Source: the human T2T-CHM13v2.0 reference genome, Homo sapiens. From it: DNA of 64,000 nt. The notes under the pieces were generated by a model. It searched no databases. It was not told the DNA's origin and saw only the letters and a program-made list of their open reading frames with translations. Within the stretch, counting starts at the first letter, position 1. Each line of letters starts with the position of its first letter. Shown piece after piece: positions 1 to 13,635 of this stretch. The stretch lies in the NCBI RefSeq assembly GCF_009914755.1, contig NC_060928.1; one strand, 5' to 3'. A program made the position numbers and the translations under genes.

Positions 1-94
1 CCTGGAGCTGACAAGCAGTTGTCACTTAGACATTACAAACTGGTGAGTCCTTCTCATTTGAGTCACCTGGGGTTGTGGAAGAACAAACCTACAT

Positions 95-218
95 TTATGT
101 CTGTACCCAGTAGAATTTAAGCTCCTTGAGGATGAGCTTCTTTGCCTATCTTTTTGAAGGACCAGAATCCAGTATAATGCTTGGTACTATTTGGCGTTCA
201 ATAAATATTTGTTGGAAA
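95..218 (+). mobile_element. L2 LINE 3' end fragment
   Basis: TAGAATTTAAGCTCCTTGAGG...GGCGTTCAATAAATATTTGTTG resembles the L2a 3' terminus. Confidence 0.65.
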
Positions 219-1489
219 ATCAATTGCACATATAAAACATTATTCTCATAGAGTTTGTAGGGATTGCAGAATTGGTATGCCAAACAAACAAACTGGTATC
301 AAAGTAACTGAAATGCTTACATTTTTCAAACACTGTAATATTAACCAAGACTCTTGTTTTTGAGGACCCTTGTTTTTGAATATAAACTCATGTCAAAGTG
401 TTTTATAGAAAAGTGTTTTACTCTTTGTCATTTTCTTGCCATAACTGAGAAATCCAAGAGGTGAATGAATGTCAGTTATGGCTGGATCTAAGGCCTCATG
501 GTGCCACTACAGCTTGATGCCCTCTCCCTTTCTGGCTCTGCTTACCCTGCCTGGATTGACTCTCAGAAGAGCCATCTCTATGTGGTGGTGTGAGTGAGGG
601 CTGCTTCAAGTCCCATGTTGCCATCTTCCTGTCTACCTTTGATCCCAAATCTGAGCCACTTCTTGGAATTTGGGTAAAGAGATTAAATTAAAGAGGAAAA
701 TGCATCATCTGCATTAGTGGATTGAGAGAGGGCAATTCTGTGAGCATCTAGAGATGAATTCTTTCTGTTCTCTCAAGGATTTAAAGGATTCAAATTCCTC
801 CAGTGCACATGCTCTTTCCTTTTACAGGGATGACTTCCATATTGTGTGTGGAACGCTTACTTAGTGGTCAAAACGCTGTCCAGCTTTCACTTTCTCTGTG
901 AAATTGTCTGCATCAGTCTGGGTTTACTGAGAAAAAGTTCACTACAAGTATTAGAGAAATAGAAGATTTTATCTAGGAATCTACATATAGGATTTAATGT
1001 AGGAATGAGAATTTACCTGAATGTGGTAGGATCTGGAAGACTGAGAGATTAGAGTCTGGGAGATTGGAGAAATACTCAATATGATGTCAGCCTGGAGGAA
1101 GCTGCAGATCCTGTAGCCCACCCAGCAGGAGTTTGTGGAAGGCTCTGGAAACCTGCTGCATCAGACAGTATAAAATGCCAAGCTTCATGGTTTCTGCTTT
1201 CCCTCTTCCCAGTCTTCTAGGAGTTCATTTCAGTGACAAAATCTAACCTGGCACTTTTCAAGACAAGTGGTTTCTGAGAAATGTAGTTTCCAGCTTACAA
1301 AGAACTGATAGTGATGTCACCAAACTGACAGCTGTCAGTCCCAAAGCACTGCCATGGTGGTGAGCTGCCTCCAACCCCTCAGCCAATCCCTACAACCATG
1401 GCTGAGGCTGGGCTTCCTCTGCTGTAGCCCCGTGGTTACGTGGGGGCTTCCTTCCACTTCCTTCTGTGTACTCCATAAACCGTTCTGTT

Positions 1490-1635
1490 ATTTCATCTTT
1501 TATATTCTATTATAATTATTTATTTACATAAATGTCTTCCTCTCAGAGTTGTGACTATAGAAACTACTTTCTTACTCATGTTCATGTCTTCAGAATCTGC
1601 CGTGTAGTAGACCCATAAACACTTTCTGTTGAGCT
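1490..1635 (+). mobile_element. L2 LINE 3' end fragment, highly diverged
   Basis: TTATTTATTTACATAAATGTCTTCCTC...GTAGTAGACCCATAAACACTTTCTGTTGAG follows the L2 3'-end pattern. Confidence 0.45.
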
Positions 1636-3650
1636 AAAATACTGTAATAAAAATATTTCAAAAATCAGAAAGAAAGGAGCAGATGTCTATAGATAACAGT
1701 TAAACAAAGGCATGTGGATGCCCTTGCCAGATGCTGCGAGGTTTTCTTTGGCGAAGTTTTATTTGGGATGTTATGAAGACCCCCATGAAGAGCTGGGAGA
1801 ATGCTGAACCCAGACTAAGGTTACAAGTATTTGGTTTTGTTGTTGTTGTTGTTTTGTATCTATTTATTTTGAAGAAAAATATCAAAGGCATCAATCTTTT
1901 ATTTTTATTAAGGTTGCAATTACACAACTAGGAAAATCTCAATCTTAGTCTCAAAATAATGTAAACTAACAAACAAATAAACAACAATAACACTGTGTTC
2001 TTACCTGAAAGAATATTGCTTTCTTAGTACTGAGATCGTTAAACTTAATTCCCGAGAAAAACAAAGGTGGCTGACTTGTCTTTAGGTATTTGTTCAGCAT
2101 TATGTGTTTTACTCAAACCAGTTGGGTCATCCACAGGATATCCTACATGCCCTTAAAACTTCACTTATTTAAGGATAGGACAGATTAACAGTTTGACCTA
2201 TCTTTAATTCTGTTTTGCAAAAGCTATTTAAAATACATCCGATAACACATGTATTTTAATGCCAAAAATCCTGTGCCACTTTCCTTTGAATGAGTCTCTT
2301 TGTCTTGGAGTATTTATCCTTTTTGATACTGCATTGTTTTAGAATTCAGAGTGTCGAGTTTAATTCTGAATTCTGTCAGTAACTTGGCAAACTTTGTCCA
2401 AGTCACTTTTCTACCTAGTGCATGAGTATAAAAATAGGCATCTAATCTCATTCTATCAGAAAACCTACAGTAATGTTTTCAAAGCACTTTGTATTCCTAA
2501 GGCAAAACTCTCTATATAAACCCAGTTTCCTTCTTTCTAAAAGTGAATTGAAAGTTAAAAAAAAAGCTCAAGTATCTGCTGAAAATTCTTTTCCCTGCAT
2601 AAATAATTAAAATGGCATTTTGCATGAGATACTCTGGGGTCCACTGAATAAGCCATTAACTCGTTGTTTAATGTTTGCTCCCACAGGTGCCTTAAGAGCA
2701 ATACTGGCAGCATGCTGAAGTATTTTTCCTACTTATTTTTAGCTATTGCTTTCCTTTTAATTTTTCATATATCATGTGTAAAATAACAGGTCATTAGTAA
2801 AAACAGAAAAAAAACTAGAGGAATATTTTCCCCATTCTTTTGAGAAATTTGGAGTTAATTGCTCATATTTTGTATTTCACTATGAACAGAAATCTTGCCC
2901 CCTGTATGGCATAGACTACAAGGATTTAAATCATATCATATGATAATACTCTTGCTTTAAAACCATTCTGGAAGCATATGCATTTGCAGGAGGCTGGCCA
3001 CTACAAAATTAAGACAAAGAAGAGGAAATTTTTAGGTCTCTTACCTCAGCTAGGGAAAAAAAAAACAACTTAGAACATAATCCAAGTAAATGCTATTTGC
3101 CTACTTTAAATCCCTACCACGTGCTTGGTATAATGCACAAAATATTTTGGGTGAAGGGAGGTTGAAGAAGGAAGAGTAACATTTCAAAAATGTGAAGTTA
3201 AAAAGAAATTAAAGATCGTCCTTCTAGTTCACTTTCAATATTGTTCACGGTTCACTTCTTTTTTGATCTAATTTGAAATTTCAATCTATCGTTTCCTTCA
3301 CATTTATACAATATAATGGTCCCTTGTCTTAATACTTTCTTTCATATACCCTTAGGATTCTAAGATGCATCACCCCAGCCATTCTTTTCTCTGTATGCTA
3401 AACCTCCTGCTCCATTTCATCTATCTGGCAAAATCCCAAATCTTGCAGACATCCAAGTAGAACTGCCTGATTTATTCTCACCCCAAAGTAGGCCACTATA
3501 TAAGAAGACTCCACTTTAGAGACTATGAATGCCCCCCACCCCACACCCAGTGCTTTCGTAAAAGGTCTATGTTTCTTGTCAGGGCTTATAGGACTAGGGG
3601 CGTTCTATTTGCAAAACTTGGCTGCTTGGCAGTTTCCTAAAACATTCTAA

Positions 3651-4003
3651 AGATACAGTAGATCTTAGAAATAAGTTCTAGCATTCTATAGCTCTGTAGG
3701 ATTCCTACAGTTAACAATAATATATTACTATAGTTGACAATAATATCTGCTATATAGATAATATATAATAGTAATATATTAATAATACTATAGTTAACAA
3801 TATACTATAGTTAACAATAATATAGTTTCAAATAGCTAGAAGGAGAATATTGAATGTTTCCAACACAAATAAATGATAAATCTTTGAGATGATGTATATG
3901 CTAATTACCCTAATTTGATCACTATCCATTATATATATGGAAACATCACCATGTATCCCATAAACAGGTATAATTATTATGTGTCAATTAAAAAATAAAA
4001 TAA
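3651..4003 (+). mobile_element. L1MA-type LINE-1 3' UTR/terminus with internal AT-rich expansion
   Basis: AATAAGTTCTAG...TTTCAAATAGCTAGAAGGAG...ATGCTAATTACCCTAATTTGATCA...GTGTCAATTAAAAAATAAAAT is typical of the L1MA 3' end. Confidence 0.8.
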
Positions 4004-4376
4004 GTAGACAAAGAAGCATTGGAATGCAAACAATAAAAATAAAATGATATACTCCAATATACCCAGGTCTATTTTCCCCTGGATATTTAGCCATTCTGCC
4101 CACAGGCCCATTGCTCTTCTCTTCTACATGATGAAAAGCCATTCTGCTCCATTCACCATCTGTCTTCAACTTGCTGACCAAAACCCATCTCAGTGCTCAG
4201 CAACCAAAATGCCATTCAGCCTACAAACCCAGCCTCTTTAGAATCCATTCAGAAGCGATCCTTTGTTACACGATCATGTCCTTGGTTATTAGGCGGTGGA
4301 TGGGGTTAACTTTGCCCTTGAAGTAGCTTATCAACATATTTCTTTCAAAAAGTTCTCTTCCCCAGAATAATTCTGG

Positions 4377-4379
<3 letters not shown>

Positions 4380-4407
<28 letters not shown>
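4380..4407. repeat. (TA)n microsatellite
   Basis: About 13 perfect TA units. Confidence 0.95.
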
Positions 4408-4410
<3 letters not shown>

Positions 4411-6117
4411 CACTGTCTGATTCCACTGTTCTCTCTTCCATTCTGACAAGTGTTGTGTGTGGCAAGTTATGTGATCGAACTGATTACGTTCAATTCAAAT
4501 TCATATTATTCAAGACTAATTGGATCCTCACTGCTGCTCCACAAATCTCTTTACTTCTCTTTAGCTTTTGAATTCTGAACAGTAGCTGTCCTAAACTATT
4601 TTATTCCCATCAAGACCTGACTTCCCTCTCATTACATGACTTTCTCTTCTATTTTAATAAAATTACCAAGACTCTTTAATGTAAGCTCCCTGTGCTATGC
4701 CTTAGAATGTCCTCGTATTTTCTGCCCTTTTCTGTTTCAGAGGAAAAATCATCAATTCTTACTTTGAAGATTATTGTTAGTGTGGTAACAGTGTAGCAGT
4801 CCATCTGTTTGATGAATCTCAAGATTCCTACAATTTTACTCTGAATTGTGAAGAGAGTAAATTATCAGAGTTGATCTTAGGTTTCCTGTTTTCTTTGTTG
4901 CATTCTCATCTCTCTATTCCGTCTTCCTAATTTGCTTCCTGCACTTCCTGGGTTTAATGCCTTCATATTTCTTTTTTTTTCCTTCTGTGCTCCCAACTTC
5001 CACTTTCAGGCTCACAACCTCAAAATGCTGAAATCCTACTTACCCTAGAGTTCCATCCCTTTAGCTAGCTCTCTAGCTCATCACATTCTTTGCAGATTTG
5101 TCTATCTCTTTATATTTTTACCTCCTTATCTGGAGGAATTTTTTCTGCCTCTACCACATACCACTGAGTGTTAAGGTTATCACTAGGGATAAAAATATGT
5201 GAATGAACTATATTTCCCATTTACAAGGAGTCCTATTTGGAATAAATCATTTTTTAACGAGAAAATGGAAATGAGGAAACTAATGATTAATGAGGCATGC
5301 TGGTCTCAGGTGCTTCATTGAGCTGATCTTCCATTCTCATTTGATCAGTAGGTCACATTCTGATTACCTGAAATTTCCCCTGATAATTTCTTAACTGGAA
5401 GAGTAAGGCTACTTTCTTGTGAATTGGTAATGCCAATAATATTTATTCAGGATAAATATTGAAAATGTATTATTTTTATAAGTTAAGCTAACATATTTTC
5501 AAAGTTTTGGTTTTGTACAGTTTTGTTGGTCACCATCTGTATGCACAATATGCATTAGACTAGCTCTATCACAAACTAGTAACATTCAGTATAGAAAAAT
5601 TCTACTTCTTCCTTTTGCATCCCAGACAACCACCTGGACCCAAGAATCTTCATGCCTCTGACCTGGCTCCTATAGTACTTTACCTGGGTCTGAATGGGCT
5701 TTAGTTTTATTTGTTTGTAGTTTTGTTTTAAACTGCAGAGTAGACAGTTCTCTTAACTTCTACTTATTAGCATATAACCCTAATAAGGTTATATGCTTGT
5801 ATTCTGACAAAATTTTCCATGTGGCTATATTATTATGTAAGTTTTTACAGTTATCATAACATGCTAAGTGGGTAATATCCAAGATATAACATGTTAATAT
5901 CGTTAATGAATCAATTTAGACATGTTGGCAGACACATAAGAATAATATTGTTGGACATGTCAGTTTTTCAACATCTCTAAAAGCATATCACTGATTAAAC
6001 CATAGTTTCTTAGCCTAGTAGATCTTTAGATCACAAAGTTACTCACAGATGACCTTCAGAGGACCAGGTGTTCGTGAAACCATTCAAAGAGTTTGCAACA
6101 ATTTCTTTATGCATGTT

Positions 6118-6189
<72 letters not shown>

Positions 6190-6203
6190 TATATATGTAT
6201 GTA
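6118..6203. repeat. Compound (TACA)n/(TA)n/(CA)n microsatellite
   Basis: About 26 perfect AT units (6129-6181) flanked by TACA, CA and TATG units. Confidence 0.95.
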
Positions 6204-8414
6204 TGGTTTAGAAAGAGGGTCTATAACTTTACTTATATTTTTCAGTGGGATATCAGACCTTTCAAAATGTTAAAAACCTTTGACTTTTACTAACTTCAAA
6301 ACACTTTTGAATGGAGTAAACAAATGTGATTCACAATCTTTTGATTTATTTGTTTATTTCTTAAAAGATTTTTTATGTGAAATTTACAACTTCAGTTTTT
6401 CAAGAATATATTTTTAAAATATATTTGAATTCTAAAATTATATTCACTTACTTCTAAGGTAGAATACAAAATTGAACTAATACAAAATTGAACTAAGCAT
6501 CTGACATATCCACCCCAGGAATTTGAATATAGATTGCTTCATAATATCGCCTAAGGTATTGTATCTAATGGTAAAATGGCAGAATAGAAGATATTGTTAA
6601 TTTTAACAAAATTAACTTTGTGCTTTGTGAGTGTTTTATATTTCTTTATATATTTGCCCCAGGATATTTCTAGATGAAACAAATTACCTCATCTGCAGTC
6701 AAGAAGGATGGACTCTGAGCATCACCTGGCAGTCCTATTGGTTGAGATTAAATAGCTCAGCAGTGTTTCTGAAAAACATTAGATGCTCCCTTGGGCACAT
6801 TTTGAATTTCTACTTTTTGATTTTTAAAATATATGTAAACATAAGCATGTTGATTATAAAAATACCTCTGAACTCATCTTAATGTTACTGCATATAAATT
6901 ATTTTTAAATCAGGTGTTCAAAACATTTACTGGCCAGAGACAGTGCTTGTGCTTAAAATCATGTTTGTGCATACAAATTAAAAGTATCCAGAAGAAGCAA
7001 TAATAAGAGTACACTTCTCATTTAACACCAAAGTCTCTTCTGCCTTGCTCGATTAATTGTCACTGAATGCAATTTTATCATAGTTAAAATGAATTCAGGT
7101 CTATTTCCAGGTAGTAATAATTTTGGGGGGGTTATAGAAATTAATGTTCCTCAAAAACTAATTAATAATTTCTAAAGAATCATTTGCATAAAGGATGTTC
7201 GAGTCTTGTGGCCATCATGTGTTGTATGTAACTAATTCACAGGTCCATTTTCATTACTGCATGTAGCTATGAGGTGACAGGCGTGACCACTCCAAATGGC
7301 CAAGCAAAAGGCCAACTGATTGAGCAATCATTTAGCAGCAGTTCATCCAGTGATCACATTGTGTTTTTCAGTAAGGTCTGTCAACAAAATAAAGAAAAGA
7401 AGGGCAGGAGGAAGGGAAGTCCACCAAAATAGTGGTGATGTTGTTTGAACTTAGGCTTTTCTCTACCATAAACTTATTGTTCTTGAGCCTGGTTCATTTC
7501 TGCATTTTAACAGTGTACTATGCATTAAGATGAAGTCTTGATCTCACCATAAACCTGTATGGAAACAGGTTCATTATATAACACATATTTTTATATTAGC
7601 AGAAATAACTTTCCAACTTTTCATTTGTTTTGATGTCAATGTATTATAAGAAACTCTTGCCTAGAAGTAGAGCTATTGTGTTGCTCTGCTGAAAATTACT
7701 GTGTATAACAGTTTTAATATATTAAATTTGTTTGACTTATTGGTAGAGCCCACCAAATAAGGACCATGCAAGAGAGCATAATTCTTAGCAGACAGAAGAT
7801 CCATTCACTATTTCTACTATAATTACAGTGAAAACATTATTGATAAATCAAACCAAAATAATTATTCTTTGAAAAGGAAAGGATATTTGTAGCTTTCTAA
7901 TGCCACGAAAGATGCTGAGTGTAAAATGTTCACTTGCTCACTCTCAAATGTGCTGGGACAATCCAGAAATATCAAATGCAACTTTCCACATCATTTCCTC
8001 CACCAAACTTCATTTCCACCATCAACAGTGGTGAAATTATAGGCCTTCAAACACAACATATGGAACAAAAATCATTTTATCAGAATGAGGATGTAACATC
8101 AACTCCCCACCCCAAGCTCAAGCAAAAGAAAACAAAATAAGGAGTTTTTATAGCTTTGAAGACAATCCACAGGAGGTAAATTTCCCCCCATAGCAAGACC
8201 CTACTGGAAAGTGTGTGCTAAGAAAGCATTTCAATTACCAGCTAGCTGAACATGATTCACAATTTTCAAATAAACTTTTTTCCAGTTCTCTGAATATGTG
8301 GAAAATTACATGAAGAAATAGATATAGAAAATAAGAATGCTAAAGTCAGCAGTTGAAAATAGAGAAAGTAATGTTGAATAGCTTGCTCAAATAAACTTAT
8401 TGAAACCTCACTAA

Positions 8415-8755
8415 TACATTATCTTGGTGGACTCCATTTTTGAAGATAATACAACCGACTGATGTCATTGTGAGCTGCAGGCCTCCAGGTACCTGGAAGG
8501 ACCTGGATGGAATCAGGAGTCTTTTTTACTGTACATGTGAAGAATCTTCTGGCTTGGGGAAATGGTTGTTTTGGCTTATTCTCTGCCCTTGAAAATGCCC
8601 AAGGCTTTTGTGAAATGTGAATGACCTCATTTCTGATTGCTGTGTGCCAGGTCGGTCTGTCTGCTGTTGTTATTTCCCCAAAGTGGACAGTTAACTCCAT
8701 GTTGTTTCAAATTGTGTTTTTGTATTCTTAAAGCTTTTCTTCAGACTGCTGTGCT
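8415..8755 (-). mobile_element. Ancient RTE-clade LINE (L4-like) ORF C-terminus and 3' end
   Basis: Minus-strand frameshifted peptides SSLKKSFKNT / KHNLKQHGVNCPLW / ADRPTWHTAIRNEV parallel the RTE C-terminal motif GGQKKRFKDTLKxxLKxxGIxxxxWExxAxDRxxWRxxV. Confidence 0.6.
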
Positions 8756-10441
8756 TATAGCCATTGTAGGGCATTCTCACAGCAAAACACTTCCACAATC
8801 TTACTAAATATAATAGGAAAAATATAAAAATCACTTCGTTTGCTACATGACACAAAGTGTGAGCATTTGCTTAAAAATGTCCCTAAAGAATGTTGCTGAA
8901 TATTTGCATCAAGAAAAATCTCTTTAATTGCAAAATAGCAAAACAATGGTTTAAACATTAAAATAACACCCTAGGTTAGCAGCAGTCAGAATAATCCCCC
9001 AAAGAGACTTAACATTCTCACTAAGATAGACAAAAATGCTGCTATGACAAAATGATCATGTCTACATTATAAAAGAAAACAGAGACAATTCTTAGTTTAC
9101 AGGCTTGAATTCTGGAAATATATATAATCCAGTTTATAAGAAGCAATATAAACCAGTATACAGAGTTTTAGTTCGGCACTTATAGAGGGCTGAGGTGTAA
9201 TTTAGTGGGTTTTCTTATTCTTCATAAAAATAAACTGCGCATTTTATATATGTAGGAGCTTTTTGAAGTCATCAGAAATCATTTGGCTTCTCATTTTTAA
9301 AAAGGTTTTAGATTCGATTATCTCCAAGATATTTTATCATGTTTTATTACAATGACTTTAATTTCATTGCAGAATAAGTGGGAAATTAATTAATATGTGC
9401 AAATAATATAATATTTTAAGTAATGAAGTATATCCATAGTTTGATGCTTTTTTTGATAACTGTGTTTAAAATTTTATATGCCCAGCATCATTAAGAAGAG
9501 TTCAGGAAGGGTTTTAAAATGTATTATGTTTTGTGTAGTCACATAATAAAATTCAAATTATGTTGCTTCCCCCCCATTCCCACTCAGTTACTAAAATCAT
9601 TTATATATATTTTTAATTTTTAAAAATTTGTATGCCTTGGATACAGAGAGAGTATTTGGTGTGATCTTTTAGGGAATGCCAGAGAAGCAACATTAATTTA
9701 GAAAAGACATAAAACAATATGGTGGGAAAAGTAGAATCAGGAAATTCTTGACTTTTTGTTTTGGATGCAAACACATTTCACAACAGAAACTATATATTAA
9801 GATAGGTGCACTGTGCATAATATAGAATTTTCTTTTGTAATGTAAGATATTGCTTTATACATATAGTTCATAAGACTTGTTTCATGGTGTATTATATTAT
9901 ATATGGTAACTTCAGAGGATCCGTACTTGTGGAACTTTGACATGAGGAAGGTGCATGAAGAGCTTAAATACACCTGTTTGTATTTTCTCATTGTCTTTCC
10001 AAATGCCCCAATTTTATGATGTAATTTTAGAGAACTTAAAGGTAAATGGTGCAAAATTAGAAAAATAAATTGTATTGAGCTATACTTAAAATAACTATGA
10101 TATTTACTTATTTTTAACGCATCTAAACTAATAGGAATTAGTCATACAAGAGTGTGGCAAATAGCTTCCGCTTGTCTATTAGCTTATAGGTACTAAACAA
10201 TTATCCTCGGGGAACTTCACTATAACATGAGGCAGACTTCATTTGGCAAATATATGTAGTATTTGATCTTTGATTTTGCCTACCCTCATCTGCAATATGT
10301 GCTAACACAGAGTTAGGAAATGGATGAAGAAACAGTTTATTAAGTGAAAAATCAGTTCTGGCTTCTAGATGTATTGATTTGTATTCCTGGTAATGAGGCC
10401 AGGGAAAGCAATGCTGGAACAATATGTTCCGTAGATGTTGG

Positions 10442-10866
10442 TGACAAAGATTATTTTCATGACCAAACTCTTGATCGTTCTCCTATGTCCATCTGTGAAC
10501 CCTGCTAAATCAGTTTAGCAAGAAAACCTCACCCTCGATATCTGATCATCCTCAATATCTAAGCGGGATCCTCATCCTCTGCCATCCCCCAGGTAAGGTC
10601 TGATCACCCTGGCCTGTCTTCAGCAAGAATTCTGTTAGGTCTGTTTAGACAGAATCCTCCTTACTTCTTAGTCATTTCCTATCCACTGGCCCCCATCCTG
10701 CTCCTTGGCTATAAATTTCCGCTTTCCCATGCTGTATTGGGCATTAAACCCAATCTCTCTCCCTTACTGCAAAATCTCGCTACGGTTGTCCTTAATATCT
10801 ATCATGATGGCCTTGAAGAAAGACTTCCTTATCATGCTTTAACAACTATCATTGAATAACTTTTTC
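10442..10866 (+). mobile_element. ERV1 solo LTR, MER31-like
   Basis: Starts TGACAAAGA...TGACCAAACT; contains CCTGCTAAATCAGTTTAGC, GATATCTGATCA, and CTCCTTGGCTATAAA (TATA-like). Confidence 0.75.
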
Positions 10867-11476
10867 TGTTTGTTTGTTTTAATTTTATTATTATTATACT
10901 TTAAGTTTTAGGGTACATGTACACAATGTGCAGGTTTGTTACATATGTATACATGTGCCATGTTGGTGAGCTGCACCCATTAACTCGTCATTTAGCATTA
11001 GGTATATCTCCTAATGCTGTCCCTCCCCCCTCCCCCCACCCCACAACAGTCCCCGAAGTGTGATGTTGCCCTTCCTGTGTCCATGTGTTCTCATTGTTCA
11101 ATTCCCATCTATGAGTGAGAACATGCGGTGTTTGGTTTTTTTGTCCTTGCAATAGTTTGCTGAGAATGATGGTTTCCAGTTTCATCCATGTCCCTACAAA
11201 GGACATGAACTCTTCATTTTTTATGGCTGCATAGTATTCCATGGTGTATATGTGCCACATTGTCTTAATCCAGTCTATCATTGTTGGACATTTGGGTTGC
11301 TTCCAAGTCTTTGCTATTGTGAATAGTGCTGCAATAAACAGACGTGTGCATGTGTCTTTATAGCAGCATGTTTTATAATCCTTTGGGTATATACCCAGTA
11401 ATGGGATGGCTGGATCAAATGGTATTTCTAGTTCTAGATCCCTGAGGAATCGCCACACTGACTTCCACAATGGTTG
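10867..11476 (-). mobile_element. 5'-truncated L1PA (young primate L1): ORF2 C-terminus, 3' UTR and tail
   Basis: ORF 10988-11470 encodes the ORF2p C-terminus (WRFLRDLELEIPFDPAIPLLGIYP...WHIYTMEYYAAIK); TTATTATACTTTAAGTTTTAGGGTACATG terminus. Confidence 0.95.
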
Positions 11477-11984
11477 TTAAACACTGAGTAGGGAAGCCAG
11501 TCTCAGAAAAAGGACAATGTACTCATACACTGTTGGGAAGTCATTCTCATCAACGGTCAAATCATTTGCTGATGTGAGCCACAAGTTACCTTTTCTGTTG
11601 TACATAGGAAGAGACTACTATTAGTTAGATATTGACTATTTCCCAAGGTCTAGAAGATTGAATAATAACTTACAAAATTGTTCTAATATAGTTTTTAAAC
11701 TAGTACTGTTCTCTAACCACAATCTTAAATTGCTCAGTAATTTCCAATTTTCACTTACATGACAGCAGTGTGGATGAAGCTTTTATAATTACTGAGCTAC
11801 TACAAATAATCATGTTTTTTGTCACAGAAATAAGATGATTGAAATTCAGCATTCAGCTACTAGTTGGAAAATACCACTTGGCTTTTATAATTTAAAATAT
11901 TCATAAGTACAATGTATAATTTTATTTTAGATATTAATCATAAACTGATTCATGAGGACACTTATAAACCTTGAATGGGCAGTA

Positions 11985-12190
11985 TTTATGGCATTGTAGT
12001 TATGAGCCCAATCACTGTATATTAGAGATGTGAGCTCAAGTCCATTATTTGAATTCTCTATGTCTTAGTTACTTCATATAAAAAGTGAGAATAATGGTGT
12101 CTGTTTTCTAGAGTTGTTGTGAATATTAATTGTAAATCTCTTAAAATGGTACCTGACATTCTATAAGCAGCATATAATTACAAGCTAATA
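11985..12190 (+). mobile_element. MIR SINE
   Basis: TTCTCTATGTCTTAGTTACTTCATATAAAAAGTGAGAATAAT...GAGTTGTTGTGAATATTAA, the MIR core. Confidence 0.7.
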
Positions 12191-12989
12191 TCACAGAGAA
12201 GCTATATATTTAATCAAATGTGTAGCATTATTTCCAAATATTGGAGAAATGGTAATTTTCATTATGAATGATTTTATATACTCTCCATCAAGTTACTGAA
12301 TTACTAGAACAAAGTTATGACTCTTCCTTTAGATAATTATTTTTTCCCCTCCTCTGGCTATAGTTTACTTAAATTACTTAGAACTCCTTTTAGTAACAGG
12401 CTGACTTCTAACGTTGGTAAGAAACTATCATAACATGTTATTCAGAAAATATTAAAACTAGATATTTGTTTTTAATGGAACTTGTTCAATGTGTCAATTA
12501 TCTGGAATATTGTTATCTAATATATGTGTTATGGGTGAACACAAATAAGATTGCCTCTTCCAGGTTTATCAATTTATATTTGGGATATGGAGACTGGAAG
12601 ATGCAAATTAGGATAATACACCAAGCAGATGGTAAGTAAAGAAGCCAGTCTACAGAGAAAGAACAAGGAAACAGACAGACAGAAAAATAGATACATACAT
12701 AGCACCGTTATGAGAGGGAGAAAACTGTCCAAGTGTTATTTTTCTTCCTTTAAAGCCCTATTGTATTGTACATAATATAATCATATGTATGTATACATAT
12801 ATACACATATCTTAATTCATATATGTAGTAGGCTGAGAGCCCATTTCTGATGATGACGAACATATTGGCTCTCTTGAACAGCAACTTCTTATTGGTCAAG
12901 CAGACAACAGTGGAGAGAAGCTGACACTCTTCATTTCTTAGGGAAGAAACAATACATGCCAAGACATAATGGTATAAGAGCAAATTGTG

Positions 12990-13200
12990 TTTGCGGGAGT
13001 AAATTCGTTTCTAAGTATAAGATGCCAGGGTATGTCTGGTGCAGTGGTCAGAGATGATGCTGAAATGGAGGGCAGAAGCCGGATCATGAATGACCATGCT
13101 TTCCCCACTGAGGAGTTTGAATTATATTCTGTAGGTGATTTGCGTCGCTAAAGGATTTGTACTGGGGGGATGACATAATCAGATATTTGTTCTAGAGGTT
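12990..13200 (-). mobile_element. L2 fragment
   Basis: GGAGTTTGAATTATATTCTGTAGGTGAT...GATGACATAATCAGAT, antisense L2 pattern. Confidence 0.55.
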
Positions 13201-13331
13201 GACATTTGAAATATTCATATATGATAGTCCAGATATCATGTTCAAGCAAAACTCATGATTCTCTTCTGTTCCATTACACACAGAAGTGATGAAAATACAC
13301 CTTGACAATGAAACTTAAAAATAGTCATCAA

Positions 13332-13635
<304 letters not shown>

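Noticed and set aside
430-1300. Possible old MLT1-type LTR fragments
   Set aside because: The resemblance is too weak to set a family or boundaries without an HMM search.
6049-6293. ORFs with YI/IY repeats
   Set aside because: These are translations of the (TA)n microsatellite.
6462-6496. 16-bp tandem duplication (ATACAAAATTGAACTA x2), and a similar 11-bp one at ~51187-51208
   Set aside because: Ordinary slippage-type micro-duplications with no further structure.
8419-8700. 93-aa ATG-initiated ORF as a novel gene
   Set aside because: Better explained as one frame of a frameshifted RTE/L4 relic.
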